Source: a virus (lineage: Duplodnaviria > Caudoviricetes). From it: a DNA stretch of 64,000 bases. The stretch is taken from IMG/VR virus record IMGVR_UViG_3300044852_000047, positions 10,058 through 74,057 of that record; one strand, 5' to 3'. The translations under genes were made by a program, and so were the position numbers. Position 1 is the first letter of the stretch. Each line of letters starts with the position of its first letter. The notes beneath the pieces are model-generated. The model was not told the origin of the DNA. It was given only the letters and a program-made list of their open reading frames with translations, and made no database searches. Positions 1-9,671 of this stretch are shown piece after piece.

Positions 1-332
1 TCCTTGTGGCACTGATCCAGCTTGGTGTGGATGTAGTAGGTCACATCCTTGCCGGCCAGAAACGGCATGCCGTAAGAGTGACCCACGGTCCAGGTCAGAT
101 TGTCGATGTCACCCATCACGGCAATCCCGAAGCGGGTCATCATGATGTCGAAGGCGTAGTTGGTGGTGCCGGGTTGTTTACAGCGCCACACCTCCACCTG
201 ATCGGAGTTGATCAGGCACGAGTACTCGTGCTTTTCCAGGGTTTGTTCGGCCCGGATGATGCGGTCTTCTTCTTCAAGACGGCGACTGCGCAGTTACTCT
301 TGGTGCTTGGCTTCACGTTGTGCGTCGTTCAT
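1..332 (-). pseudogene. Phage hypothetical protein with in-frame TAA at codon 13 (294-296); runs off the window edge
   Basis: RBS AAGGAG and ATG at 332 overlapping the upstream stop. MNDAQREAKHQE*LRSRRLEEEDRIIRAEQ...WRCKQPGTTNYAFDIMMTRFGIAVMGDID stays in frame to position 1. Confidence 0.6.
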
Positions 333-502
333 GGGGACTCCTTACGGCTTCGGTCCAATGTTGATTGCGCCCGTTGCTCCAGGCGATGGGTCTCGATCCA
401 GATACGGCGTTCCTCTGGGGTCATCTGGTCGATCTCCTTGTGCTGTTTATAGATACGGGCCAGCGCCAGGAAGATGTCGGCAGGTACCTGTACCGCTTTC
501 AT
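329..502 (-). CDS. Hypothetical protein (57 aa)
   Basis: Hand-translated MKAVQVPADIFLALARIYKQH...; its stop overlaps the next ATG (ATGA); fills the gap in the operon. Confidence 0.65.
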   Translation of the reverse strand: MKAVQVPADIFLALARIYKQHKEIDQMTPEERRIWIETHRLEQRAQSTLDRSRKESP

Positions 503-504
503 TT

Positions 505-867
505 TCACAGAGAACTCTCCGGTACCCAGACCCAGGCGGCAACGAAGGCTCCGTCTTCGCCGACAGAAACGGCACAGTTTTCGTCCATTTCTATGGTGTC
601 GTTGGAGCCGTCGGCGTACATGGCAATTGCCTTCTGGCGGTACTGGGCTTCCCGATCAGCATCATCCTGGTCCGGTTCCCAGCTCTGGATCTGGTTAAAC
701 ACCCAGTCCCAATACCCACTGATGGTGTCCAAATCCATCACCACAAGGCGCCACAGCTGGCGCGGGAAGTTCGGATGTTCACCGTCACCGACTGGACTGT
801 ATTTGGTTTCCAGGTCGTTGGCGTTGAGGGTGTTTTCTTCGCTGTACAACGCGTCGGTGTATTTCAT
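505..867 (-). CDS. Hypothetical acidic protein (120 aa)
   Basis: ORF 505..951 trimmed to MKYTDALY with GGAGG RBS; coupled to its neighbour. Confidence 0.7.
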   Translation of the reverse strand: MKYTDALYSEENTLNANDLETKYSPVGDGEHPNFPRQLWRLVVMDLDTISGYWDWVFNQIQSWEPDQDDADREAQYRQKAIAMYADGSNDTIEMDENCAVSVGEDGAFVAAWVWVPESSL

Positions 868-1040
868 GCCGCCTCCTTTGGATTGAGGGTCATCAGGGCA
901 TCGGCGACACCGTCCTGAATAGTTTGGGTTTCGTGGTGGAAGTAGACCCACGCCAAGGCTTCTGCCTGCTTACGGGTCAATGGCCAGCATTCACGGTGTT
1001 TCTCGTAGATGCTGGCCGCGCATTCATCCAGTTCGGTCAT
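864..1040 (-). CDS. Hypothetical protein (58 aa)
   Basis: Start MTELDECAAS with GGAGG RBS; ATGA overlaps on both sides. Confidence 0.65.
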   Translation of the reverse strand: MTELDECAASIYEKHRECWPLTRKQAEALAWVYFHHETQTIQDGVADALMTLNPKEAA

Positions 1041-1228
1041 GCTGCCTCCTTTTGCCGCAGCTTTTTCAGTGCAGCGGGTGTCATGCCCTTGGTTTCCCGG
1101 CGGAACGCGTCGTAGGCACCGCTGGTGACCCGAACCCATTCACTGTCCCGGGCTACCGGCAACATGCCGGCTTGCCAGGTACGGGTCATGCGATCAGACA
1201 GGCGAATGAAATACATGCGCCTGTTCAC
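1037..1228 (-). CDS. Hypothetical basic protein
   Basis: GTG start overlapping the upstream TGA; coupled to the downstream gene. Confidence 0.55.
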   Translation of the reverse strand: MNRRMYFIRLSDRMTRTWQAGMLPVARDSEWVRVTSGAYDAFRRETKGMTPAALKKLRQKEAA

Positions 1229-2295
1229 TTGATGGCCCACTTTTCAGCGGCCTTGAGCAGCTGCTTATAGGCAATCCGCACTGGCAGGCGCATCTGTGCC
1301 TGGTTGGTACGAAACCATTCGGTGAGTATTTCCAGCGGTGTCTGGACCTTGAGCACCTTGGCGTTCTCGGTCTTGTAGGCGGCATGGCCGGTGACGGCGG
1401 TGTAATAGCTGCCGCCGACGTGCACAGTCTTGGTCATGCCCTTCTCGACGTACTTCTCCATCTCGGCCTGGCTGCGCACCGCGACCTTGCCCGGGTTGTT
1501 CTGCTTGAAGCGCTTGTAGCAGGCTTCCTTGACCAGTTGCGGGCAGTCGTACTCGATGTACTTGACGTCCTCGATGTCCTGGTCCATCAGCTCGGCGACC
1601 CGCTCCCACTGTTCGGTGTTTAGCCACATGTCCTTGGTGACCCGGCGCAGGTCCCAGTCATCCACGGTCTGGCGGTCACGCTCAAGCTCCAGGTACTGCG
1701 GCAGCACGTTGTAGCCATAGCTCAACTGGGTTTCACAGACCAGAAGGCCGCCGACGTACAGGAACCCTGGCTTGGAGGGCAGGATGTCGCCGAACTTGGT
1801 GACGATCACATCGTCGGAGGTGGCCTGCATGAACAGACACATGTCGTGGATCTGCGTGGTGTCTTCGTGGTTCAAGCCATCGATGACAAAGGACAGACCG
1901 CGGGCTTCACCATGGGCGAGCAGGGATTCGTTGATCTGCAACACTTCGCATTCGAAGGTGTCACTACGGCCAAAGGCCGGGGTCCACAGCAGATCACCGT
2001 TGTACAACTTGACGTCGTAGTTCAGGCGAGCGAGGACCAGCAGCGCCAGCTTGAAGCCTTCGCCGAAGCTGCCGATCTTGCTGACGTCATCGGCCTTGCT
2101 GGTCTGGCCCAGCACCAGGGTACTGGACGGCAACACGGTGGTGCGGCTGGTCACGGTCAGGGTATGACCTTCGATGGACCACTCGATCGGGTCCTTGCTG
2201 TCGAGCGCGTTCTGCATGATTTCGCGGATGGCTTCCAGCAGTCCCCAGTGACGCACGTAATCACGGGACAGGGGCAATTCGTAGACACGGTCCAT
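1225..2295 (-). CDS. GHKL (Hsp90/MORC/MutL-like) ATPase-domain protein
   Basis: N-box REIMQNALDS and G2-box IGSFGEGFKLA of the Bergerat fold; 356 aa. Confidence 0.75.
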   Translation of the reverse strand: MDRVYELPLSRDYVRHWGLLEAIREIMQNALDSKDPIEWSIEGHTLTVTSRTTVLPSSTLVLGQTSKADDVSKIGSFGEGFKLALLVLARLNYDVKLYNGDLLWTPAFGRSDTFECEVLQINESLLAHGEARGLSFVIDGLNHEDTTQIHDMCLFMQATSDDVIVTKFGDILPSKPGFLYVGGLLVCETQLSYGYNVLPQYLELERDRQTVDDWDLRRVTKDMWLNTEQWERVAELMDQDIEDVKYIEYDCPQLVKEACYKRFKQNNPGKVAVRSQAEMEKYVEKGMTKTVHVGGSYYTAVTGHAAYKTENAKVLKVQTPLEILTEWFRTNQAQMRLPVRIAYKQLLKAAEKWAIK

Positions 2296-2349
2296 GGGGA
2301 CGTCTTCCTTTATTCATTGGTTTGAGGGGGAGGGTGTAACGAGGGTGTA

Positions 2350-2601
2350 TCAGGCAGGCAGCAGAGCGTCGTCTTCAGGGCGTCCGTCGATGTTCAGTGA
2401 CTCGCTACGGCCCCAGCAGTGCTTACCGTCGGTGAAACCGGCAGAGATAGTGTTGCGCATTACCCGGCGCCAGTTGCCATGGGTCTGGTCCTTGATACGC
2501 CCTGCAACTTCGGCAAAGGCATCATGATCAATGGAGCAGTCAAAGACGAACATCAGTTCCTTGCCTTCTGCGTCACGAGTGACGATGTACTTGGCTTTCA
2601 T
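2350..2601 (-). CDS. Hypothetical protein (83 aa)
   Basis: ORF track; ATGA coupling with the upstream gene. Confidence 0.7.
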   Translation of the reverse strand: MKAKYIVTRDAEGKELMFVFDCSIDHDAFAEVAGRIKDQTHGNWRRVMRNTISAGFTDGKHCWGRSESLNIDGRPEDDALLPA

Positions 2602-2867
2602 AGTGCGGCTTCTTCCAGGTGCTGTTGGTATTCAGCGATGAGTTGGATTTCCACGGTCGGGGTGACCATGTCCATGAGCATCTGCTGGCGATCACCATTC
2701 AGGGTCAGGATGTCAAAGTAGAACTCTGCATCCTCCGGTGGATCAGCATCACCGAAGCCATGGCCGGTGACGCGCATGTCCCGGCTGGGATGGTAGGACT
2801 CAACCCGGCACAAGACCGGGATGTCGTCGATCTGAGTTTGAAAGATCAAGGATTCGCTCCTGTTCAT
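2598..2867 (-). CDS. Hypothetical protein
   Basis: C-terminal part of ORF 2598..3074 (MNRSESLIFQTQIDDIPV...); start uncertain. Confidence 0.6.
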   Translation of the reverse strand: MNRSESLIFQTQIDDIPVLCRVESYHPSRDMRVTGHGFGDADPPEDAEFYFDILTLNGDRQQMLMDMVTPTVEIQLIAEYQQHLEEAAL

Positions 2868-3321
2868 GGCGCGGCATGATGCTGATACCGCAGCGGTGAA
2901 TGATGTCGACACCGGTGGTGTCATCGTGCAGGCGGTCGTAGAACACGGCAGCAATACCCGAAGGGATGATCTGCCTGGCACACGGATCACACGGCGACAC
3001 CGTGGAGTACAAATGTGCTCCTTCCAGTGAGATCCCGGCCCGGGTGGCTTTACCGATCGCGTTGTTCTCGGCATGCAGCACCGAGCGATCGGTCTTCATT
3101 CGCAACTTTTCTACGCCATGGACCATTTCCATGATCGGGGCGTTCTCGCAGCAGTTCGTGTGCCAGCCAGCGGGCTGGCCGTTGTAGCCGGGAATCACCA
3201 ACCCTTGCGGGGTGACGATCACACACCCCACCTGCTCACGTTCAGCTTCAGTCTGGGCTTGGGCGGCGTAGGCCATAGCCCAGTACATCGGGCTGTATTT
3301 GAGTTTCAGTGGGGTGTGCAT
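2800..3321 (-). CDS. dCMP deaminase
   Basis: HAENNA and PCDPC zinc-binding motifs; VGCVIV...GYNG. Confidence 0.92.
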   Translation of the reverse strand: MHTPLKLKYSPMYWAMAYAAQAQTEAEREQVGCVIVTPQGLVIPGYNGQPAGWHTNCCENAPIMEMVHGVEKLRMKTDRSVLHAENNAIGKATRAGISLEGAHLYSTVSPCDPCARQIIPSGIAAVFYDRLHDDTTGVDIIHRCGISIMPRHEQERILDLSNSDRRHPGLVPG

Positions 3322-3324
3322 CGG

Positions 3325-3507
3325 TTATCCCTTTCTTCGGTTCCACGCCAGCGCGGCTTTGGGCCGCGACGGGTAGCTGAGTTGACGTAGTTGGCAGCGG
3401 GTGCAGAACACCCGCCACTGCGGGCGTTGCAGATTGGTAAAGCAGACTCGGATGAAGACCGACTTACCTCCGCAGCAGGGACAGCCAAGCAGTGAGGGCA
3501 ATGGCAT
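3325..3507 (-). CDS. Lar-like restriction alleviation zinc-finger protein
   Basis: CPCCGG...FCTRC...AALAWNRR pattern typical of the Lar family; 60 aa. Confidence 0.7.
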   Translation of the reverse strand: MPLPSLLGCPCCGGKSVFIRVCFTNLQRPQWRVFCTRCQLRQLSYPSRPKAALAWNRRKG

Positions 3508-3514
3508 ATGCGGT

Positions 3515-3697
3515 TTACTCCTCAGGTGCCCAGGTGACGGTCACAGTGAACTTGCCTGCCCAGAAGCCAGGGGAGCCTTCCATTTCAGGAATCTCAGCAG
3601 CGACTGGGTTGAATCGTTGATCGAAGCATTCGCTGATGTCCCGGCTTAAATCGACGATGTTTTCGCCGTCATACGACTTTTCAAATAGCGTCTTCAT
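3515..3697 (-). CDS. Hypothetical protein (60 aa)
   Basis: MKTLFEKSYDG start overlapping the DNA polymerase stop. Confidence 0.65.
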   Translation of the reverse strand: MKTLFEKSYDGENIVDLSRDISECFDQRFNPVAAEIPEMEGSPGFWAGKFTVTVTWAPEE

Positions 3698-6348
3698 GCG
3701 GCTTTCTTCTGTGGTGGATTTAAGTGATCCCGGCACAACCCCCTGATCTGATCAGTGGTGGCTTTGTTGGGCAGGGTGAGGGGTTTGGCCCAACTCGGGT
3801 AGAACAGGTCCAGTGCAGCGCCGAGCTTGACGGTGGGGTGATACAGTTCAGGGAGTTCCTGCCATTGCATGGCTTCGATCAGCTTGCGATTGGCCCACTC
3901 GACCACGTCGATGTCGTCCCTCATCAGGATGTAGATCGCGTCGTGAATCAGGCAGATCGGCAGGATCTTGTGGCGGTACGGGGAAGCCCAGACTTCCTTG
4001 AAGAACGCCACCGCGGCGCGGTTGTTGAGCAAGCCATAGGACTGCCCCATGGCATTGCCGGCTGTACGTCCTTCGGCTTGTGCCTGGTAGGTGGTGGAAC
4101 GGTTGCCCAGTACGCTCTGTCCCAGCAGCGGGGTACGGACACGCAGACCAAAGGCCACTTCCACGTAGCCGTCCGTGCACGCCTGCTTAATGCGTCGGGC
4201 GATGTATTCGTCCGACACTTTGTACAGGCTGTGGTAGTTGGCTTCGATGCGCTGGGACTTCTCCTGCGTCCAGCCCAGGTTCTTCATCATGCCGTGGTAC
4301 GTGCCGCCATAAGTCAGCAGGAACGTCGGTGGTTTGGAGTCCTGGCGCAGCGGGTGGTCTTCTTTCTTCAGCCGGTTGACCGACTTCGGATCGCTGTGGT
4401 CGAGGAAGATACCTTCCGCTTCCAGTTGCTCCTTGAAGTAGAACGCGGCACGCAGCGAGTGCCCGTCGAAGCCATCGGTGTACACCTTGAGCTTGTTCGG
4501 GTCCTTGGTGGTCAGCGCACTGATCATGTCTTCCAGCGAGTTGAAGTCAGCACCGCCCATCAACCAGCCTTTCGGTGCCTTGAACATGGCCTTGACCAGC
4601 TTGCCGTAGGTCGAACTGGCTGGCATGTTCTGAAGGTTCGGATCACTGGAAGACAGGCGACCGGACAGTGTGCCGCCCAGGTTCAGTGAACCGTGCAGCC
4701 AGCGCATGCCGTCGGCCTTGAGCTTGCCGCTCTTGAACGCAGGCAGGAACGACGACAGGATCTTCGCCACCTTGCTGTAGTCGATCAACGCCAACAGCAC
4801 GTCCTTGAACGGCGTTGCCAAGATATGCCCACTGAGTGTCTCGATCACGTCCGCACCCGTGGCCGGTTGCTTGGTGTCGGTCAACTCGATGATTGGCAAA
4901 CCCATCAACTCGTACAGCAGGACCTGCAACTGCGGGTTGCTGTTGGGGTTGAACGACTTGTAATGCTTGCTCGCCGGGTCACTGAACACCGTCAGCGGGT
5001 GCTGCTTGGTCTTCAATTTGGCGTTGGCATCGGTCATCGCCTTGGTTTGCACGTACGCGTTCATCTTCGCCATGATCGGGTGGGCCATCATCGTGGCCAG
5101 GTACCCTTCCTTGGCTTGGATCAGCTGCGCTTCCCCGGCGAGGATCTGCTCATCATCCATCGGCATGCCGACTAGTTCGGTCTGAATCAACATCTTCTGG
5201 CTGTCACGGAACAGCCCCAGGTACAGCGCCTCCTGGTTGTCAGCGACCATGACCGGGTAGTACTTGTCACGGACAAACCAGGTGGATAGTGCATCCACAA
5301 GGTTATAGCGTAACAGTTGCTCCTCCGGGATAAGACGGATGTCCTTGATGTCCTCCACCGCATAGTTGCCGGCGAATTCATGGGCCAGTGCCTTCAAGCC
5401 AAGGACGTTGCCGGCCGTGGTGTTGGTGGCCAGGTAGGCGATCAGCTTGGTGTCGTGCATGCGCTCGGCCATCAGGTCTATGCCGCGCAACATGCCTTCG
5501 TAGTCCAGCGGATGGGTCATGAACAGTTGGTAGACCAGCACCTTCACGTCATAGCCCGCGTTGTGCCAGGTCATCTCGCCCTGGTACTCCTCGAAGAACT
5601 TGACCAGCAGGGCACGCACAGGGGCGTTGAACACCTGCTGACCGTAGTGCTTCTGCTCGTTCATCTCGGGCAGCGCTTCCCAGTCCACCTTGAACGAAAT
5701 ACCCTCGAACATGTTCCAGGCAAAGGAGATGGTGCCCACGCCGGCTTCGTCGAACTTCAGGCTGAAGCCTTCGATGTCGGCGGTGAGTGCGGGGTACTGG
5801 TGCAGCGATTGAAGGGTCTGCTCGATCTCCCCCAGGGTCTGCGGGTAGTACTCGTACTTAATTACGTCGGCACCCAGCTTTACATAGTTGCCATGGATGT
5901 GATCGGCCAGACACTTCAGACCCATGTCCAGTTTGGTTTGCTGGGTCGGGTCAAAGATCAGGCCCTGATAGTTGTAGCCCAGTACCACCTGCATGTGCTC
6001 GTAGCCGGCAATGGCGCAGGGCAGAACGTAGCCCATGTGCACGTCGGCTTTCTTCTCCTTGGTCAAGACCTTGAAGTAGGCACCGTCGTTGACGAACAGG
6101 TACTGGGTCTTGAGGCGCTCCAGTGCTGGCAGCAGCTCATCGATCAGGTAGCTTTTGATCAGGCCAACCGGGGCTTTACCCCCGGCGTCGTAACGCAGGC
6201 TGAAACCAATGCAGTCATTGTTGGGCACGCCCAGTACCGCCAGCGGATCGACGTAGTAACGGCGCATTTCCGCAAGGCGCAGTGTCTGGGGTTTGGTCAG
6301 GAACGCCACCTTGTAGGTGGGTGTATCGCCGAAGAGAAGGTGGTGCAT
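3694..6348 (-). CDS. Family A DNA polymerase (N4-like) with 3'-5' exonuclease
   Basis: Exo motifs TADIE and WHNAGYD; GRLSSSDPNLQN; motif A ADFNSLE; motif B RQDSKPPTFLLTYGG; motif C IHDAIY. Confidence 0.96.
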   Translation of the reverse strand: MHHLLFGDTPTYKVAFLTKPQTLRLAEMRRYYVDPLAVLGVPNNDCIGFSLRYDAGGKAPVGLIKSYLIDELLPALERLKTQYLFVNDGAYFKVLTKEKKADVHMGYVLPCAIAGYEHMQVVLGYNYQGLIFDPTQQTKLDMGLKCLADHIHGNYVKLGADVIKYEYYPQTLGEIEQTLQSLHQYPALTADIEGFSLKFDEAGVGTISFAWNMFEGISFKVDWEALPEMNEQKHYGQQVFNAPVRALLVKFFEEYQGEMTWHNAGYDVKVLVYQLFMTHPLDYEGMLRGIDLMAERMHDTKLIAYLATNTTAGNVLGLKALAHEFAGNYAVEDIKDIRLIPEEQLLRYNLVDALSTWFVRDKYYPVMVADNQEALYLGLFRDSQKMLIQTELVGMPMDDEQILAGEAQLIQAKEGYLATMMAHPIMAKMNAYVQTKAMTDANAKLKTKQHPLTVFSDPASKHYKSFNPNSNPQLQVLLYELMGLPIIELTDTKQPATGADVIETLSGHILATPFKDVLLALIDYSKVAKILSSFLPAFKSGKLKADGMRWLHGSLNLGGTLSGRLSSSDPNLQNMPASSTYGKLVKAMFKAPKGWLMGGADFNSLEDMISALTTKDPNKLKVYTDGFDGHSLRAAFYFKEQLEAEGIFLDHSDPKSVNRLKKEDHPLRQDSKPPTFLLTYGGTYHGMMKNLGWTQEKSQRIEANYHSLYKVSDEYIARRIKQACTDGYVEVAFGLRVRTPLLGQSVLGNRSTTYQAQAEGRTAGNAMGQSYGLLNNRAAVAFFKEVWASPYRHKILPICLIHDAIYILMRDDIDVVEWANRKLIEAMQWQELPELYHPTVKLGAALDLFYPSWAKPLTLPNKATTDQIRGLCRDHLNPPQKKAA

Positions 6349-6357
6349 ACGGGGTCC

Positions 6358-6888
6358 TTAACGCTTGTTGAGCAGGTTGAACACCATCCTTTGCTTGATG
6401 TAATCAAAGCTCTTGGCGTGGGTGTCGATCATCTTCTCCGCTTCGGCCAGGGTCAGGTTGACGCCTCGGCAGTTGCAGTGGTCGATGACCTGCTGGATGG
6501 GTGGGTGAATGGCGCTGGGGAACAGGGCCAAGTAATCCTGGAGCTGGTCGGAGGTGTTGAGCACGTTCTGGATGTAGCCCATAACCAGCGGCACCTCCAC
6601 ATCGTTCAACTCCTTGGTTTCCGCCAGGTAACGCTCCATGCGGTCATGCAGGGTCGGGTCCAGGCGCGGTATGTGCTTGGGCAGGTGACGGAATTCCTTC
6701 TTGGCGTAACGAATGCCTCGATAAACGAAGATCTCGTTGACGCCTTGACTGATCTGCTCGTTGAGGTCGATCAGCTCATGCAGTTCACGCTGGTAGTACT
6801 CGCGCACCGGGCCGTACAGGAATTCATGAATGGAGGTACGGATGGCCACTTTCAGTTGCGGGTGATGAACTCGTTTGGGTGTAGTCAC
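6358..6888 (-). CDS. Conserved N4-like hypothetical protein between helicase and polymerase
   Basis: 176-aa ORF at a syntenic position; coupled to the helicase. Confidence 0.75.
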   Translation of the reverse strand: MTTPKRVHHPQLKVAIRTSIHEFLYGPVREYYQRELHELIDLNEQISQGVNEIFVYRGIRYAKKEFRHLPKHIPRLDPTLHDRMERYLAETKELNDVEVPLVMGYIQNVLNTSDQLQDYLALFPSAIHPPIQQVIDHCNCRGVNLTLAEAEKMIDTHAKSFDYIKQRMVFNLLNKR

Positions 6889-8132
6889 GCAATATCTCCA
6901 GTAAAGGTCACTTGTCGTCGAAAGCGGCTGATGCCCACGTACAAGGCACGCGCCAGTTGGTTGCCGGTGCGGATCTTGCCCATGTCATTGAGGTCGATGA
7001 ACCCGATGTCATAGGTCGATCCTTGGGATTTGTTGACGGTGCAGGCAAAGGCCGGACGCAGGTCAATCCAGGTGTCAGTGATGATCTCCATGGCGTGCCA
7101 CTCCTCGCCGGCTTGCGCCTGCTTGAGGCGGATCTTGGCCAGGTCACGGCTGCGCGGCATGAAGTAGCTGCCGCCCTTGCCACTGAGACGCACCGTCCAG
7201 CCTTCGACTTCGTACTCGGTGTCCTCGGCAATGCTGGTGATCAGTACTTCTTCCTCGGTGTTGCACTTGCTGGCTTTGTTGTTGACCGCCTTGTTGACCA
7301 CCATGTAGTCACCTTCAGCCGGCTCACTGGTGCCCTTCACTTGCCTCGACAGCAGCTCGTTGTAGGCAATCACCGTTTTGTTGGTGTAGGCCAGGGCCTT
7401 GATCGAGGTGTTCTTCTCGTTGGCGAAGGCGAGGAACAGACGATCCTGGAAGGTTTTCTGATCCACCTTCTCGATCACGCCGGGGTACAACTCAAACTTC
7501 GGCCATGGTCCACCCAGCACCGTCTGGCGCAGGGCTTCGATCAATGGCTTGAGCGGTGAGCTGTCGTCTTGCCTGACCGGCTCGGTGAGTTCGATCTGGT
7601 TCTTGCTCATATTGAACGCCGGCATGTACGTCGCACCGACCGGGGTCAGTTGCGCTGGATCGCCGATGAACACCAGCTTGCAGTCCTCGGTGCGCTCGAA
7701 GATGAACTTGAGAAGGGTCTGGTCAACGAAGCTGGCCTCGTCGATAAAGATCAGGGTCCGGCTGACCGGGTCCTTGCCGGGTATCGGCTGGATAAAGGTC
7801 TTGCCCGTCTGGTAATTGGTTTGCACCCGCAGGCCCAGGTAACTGTGAATGGTGCGTACATCAGCGCAGCCACTGTTGATCATCAGCGCTTCCGCCGCCT
7901 TGTTGGTGGTGGCGGTGAGCTGGAAGTCCCAGGGTACAAAGCCCGGGTCAACCATTTTCATCAGGCTGTTGAGCTTGGGCAGCTGCTCGAGCATGTGCGA
8001 CACCAGGGTGGATTTCCCGGTGCCGCTGTAGCCTTTGAGCAACATCACGTTTTCCAAAGGGTCCAGGTAGAACTTGGCGAACAGGTCATAGCCGGCCAGT
8101 TGCCCAGCGGTCAGGGGGAAATCACGTTTCAT
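6885..8132 (-). CDS. SF1B (Dda/RecD-like) DNA helicase
   Basis: Walker A GYSGTGKS, IDEAS, IGDPAQL, CTVNKSQGST, LYVGISR. Confidence 0.93.
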   Translation of the reverse strand: MKRDFPLTAGQLAGYDLFAKFYLDPLENVMLLKGYSGTGKSTLVSHMLEQLPKLNSLMKMVDPGFVPWDFQLTATTNKAAEALMINSGCADVRTIHSYLGLRVQTNYQTGKTFIQPIPGKDPVSRTLIFIDEASFVDQTLLKFIFERTEDCKLVFIGDPAQLTPVGATYMPAFNMSKNQIELTEPVRQDDSSPLKPLIEALRQTVLGGPWPKFELYPGVIEKVDQKTFQDRLFLAFANEKNTSIKALAYTNKTVIAYNELLSRQVKGTSEPAEGDYMVVNKAVNNKASKCNTEEEVLITSIAEDTEYEVEGWTVRLSGKGGSYFMPRSRDLAKIRLKQAQAGEEWHAMEIITDTWIDLRPAFACTVNKSQGSTYDIGFIDLNDMGKIRTGNQLARALYVGISRFRRQVTFTGDIA

Positions 8133-8141
8133 GGTTAATCC

Positions 8142-8327
8142 TTAAAGGAGAGAGTCGAGCACCTTTTCGTCGCGGCGCCAGGTTTCAATTTTGGTGACAG
8201 TCATGATCCCGGTCTTGGGGTCACGTTCCATGGTGACGCGACAGGCCAGATCCCCCCGATGTCCCGGGTCGAAACCAGTCACGGTGTCGCCATCCACTTC
8301 GACCCAGGGTTTATCAACGTCACGCAT
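8142..8327 (-). CDS. Hypothetical protein
   Basis: Start MRDVDKPW just after the upstream stop. Confidence 0.6.
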   Translation of the reverse strand: MRDVDKPWVEVDGDTVTGFDPGHRGDLACRVTMERDPKTGIMTVTKIETWRRDEKVLDSLL

Positions 8328-8328
8328 G

Positions 8329-9444
8329 TCACACCTCAAATGTCACGATGCGTCCGAAGGGGCAGCGGAAATAGGCACGGGTACTGCCGTGGATCATCCA
8401 CAGGACGGGTACGCCGGGGTTGAATTCAGGCTGGTCAAACTCACCGTCGGTGAACACCACCAGCGCCGCGGGCTTGTGTTTCTGTGCCCAGGTCATCAAG
8501 GGTTCGATCCAGGTACCACCACGGCCAGTCAGCTTGACGTTCATCAGGTCGTAGACGTTCTTCACCACGTCCACCGAGATGATCTCGGTGTCGAACTGCA
8601 CCAGGGTCAGCTTGTCCGGCTTGAGCATGCGCAACACGCCGTACAGCTCCGACACGTAACGCTTGGTGTCGGTGTCCTGCACTGAACAGGACATGTCGAA
8701 GGCAAACGCTATGTGCATCAGGTCGGTGCCGACCAGACTCGGCAGGTAGAACTGCGGGTAGTAACGGCGGTTGGGCCGGCGGTAGCTGTAGTCGTTCTTC
8801 GCAATCTGGGTGAAGAACTGCTTCAGGTGGTTGGCCATGGGCAGCTTGGGGGTGAGCAAGCCATCCAGGTACACCTGCACGTCACCGGGAATGGAACCCG
8901 GGCTATCACCGGCCGACTTGGCAGCCATGACCGCCTTGACCAGGATCTGATCCAGGTACTCCTTGTATTCCTCCGGGGGTTTGTCCGAAGGACGGATGTC
9001 ACCGTGGTCAGCCTCGTTGGGTTTCTCCTCCGGGTCACTGATCAAGGCGTCGTACACCTGTTCGGTGGTCATGCCGCGGAACTTCTCATCGATCAGGCAC
9101 GGTGGCCAGATCTCGTACTTGGCGTCCTTTAGGTCGAGGTTGATTACGTAGTCACCTGCGTAGTTGTAGGTCAGGTGATCGCGTTCACCCTTGCGCTCGA
9201 TGTGCTGGTGCACCACATGCTTGGTTTCATGCGCCAGCACGAACACGCGCTGGCCGAGTGGCAAGCCAATGAAGAAATCCGGGTTGATGCCCATGTCGGT
9301 GCCGTTGACCCACGCAGTGGAGCAGCTGTGGTCGGCAAAGATGTTCAGGTGCAAGCAGACGGTGGTCATGAATACCGCATCATTGCGGTCCATGAAGGCG
9401 ACCTTGGCCTTGATCAAGGCGAGGTCAAACGGGGTGTAGTCCAT
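8329..9444 (-). CDS. Metallopeptidase plus vWA domain protein (N4 gp25-like)
   Basis: HETKH (HExxH), NYAGDYVIN, MIDAS-like DMSCS, GRGGT, VVFTDG. Confidence 0.88.
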   Translation of the reverse strand: MDYTPFDLALIKAKVAFMDRNDAVFMTTVCLHLNIFADHSCSTAWVNGTDMGINPDFFIGLPLGQRVFVLAHETKHVVHQHIERKGERDHLTYNYAGDYVINLDLKDAKYEIWPPCLIDEKFRGMTTEQVYDALISDPEEKPNEADHGDIRPSDKPPEEYKEYLDQILVKAVMAAKSAGDSPGSIPGDVQVYLDGLLTPKLPMANHLKQFFTQIAKNDYSYRRPNRRYYPQFYLPSLVGTDLMHIAFAFDMSCSVQDTDTKRYVSELYGVLRMLKPDKLTLVQFDTEIISVDVVKNVYDLMNVKLTGRGGTWIEPLMTWAQKHKPAALVVFTDGEFDQPEFNPGVPVLWMIHGSTRAYFRCPFGRIVTFEV

Positions 9445-9455
9445 CAGGCAGGTCC

Positions 9456-9671
9456 TCAGACCAGCCCTGTGTGCGGGCGGATCTCCAAGAAGTGGTCGTT
9501 GCAGAGGGAAGCCCACTGCGGTGGGGTGGTTAAACTGGCCAGGGTGTCCTTGGCTTCAAGGACCGACTTGACCAGCACCAGGTGAGCTGTGTTCATAGGC
9601 TCCTCTGGCAGTCGGTAGAACAGGGCGTACTTGCGCCCACTGAGTAGATCCAGCACGTCATACAGCTCCAA
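9456..9671 (-). CDS. Hypothetical protein (start uncertain, possibly 9596)
   Basis: ORF filling the gap between neighbours. Confidence 0.45.
   Translation of the reverse strand: MELYDVLDLLSGRKYALFYRLPEEPMNTAHLVLVKSVLEAKDTLASLTTPPQWASLCNDHFLEIRPHTGLV

Noticed and set aside
5317-7014. 565-aa plus-strand ORF
   Set aside because: Antisense shadow of DNA polymerase and its neighbours, expected with high GC3; no motifs.
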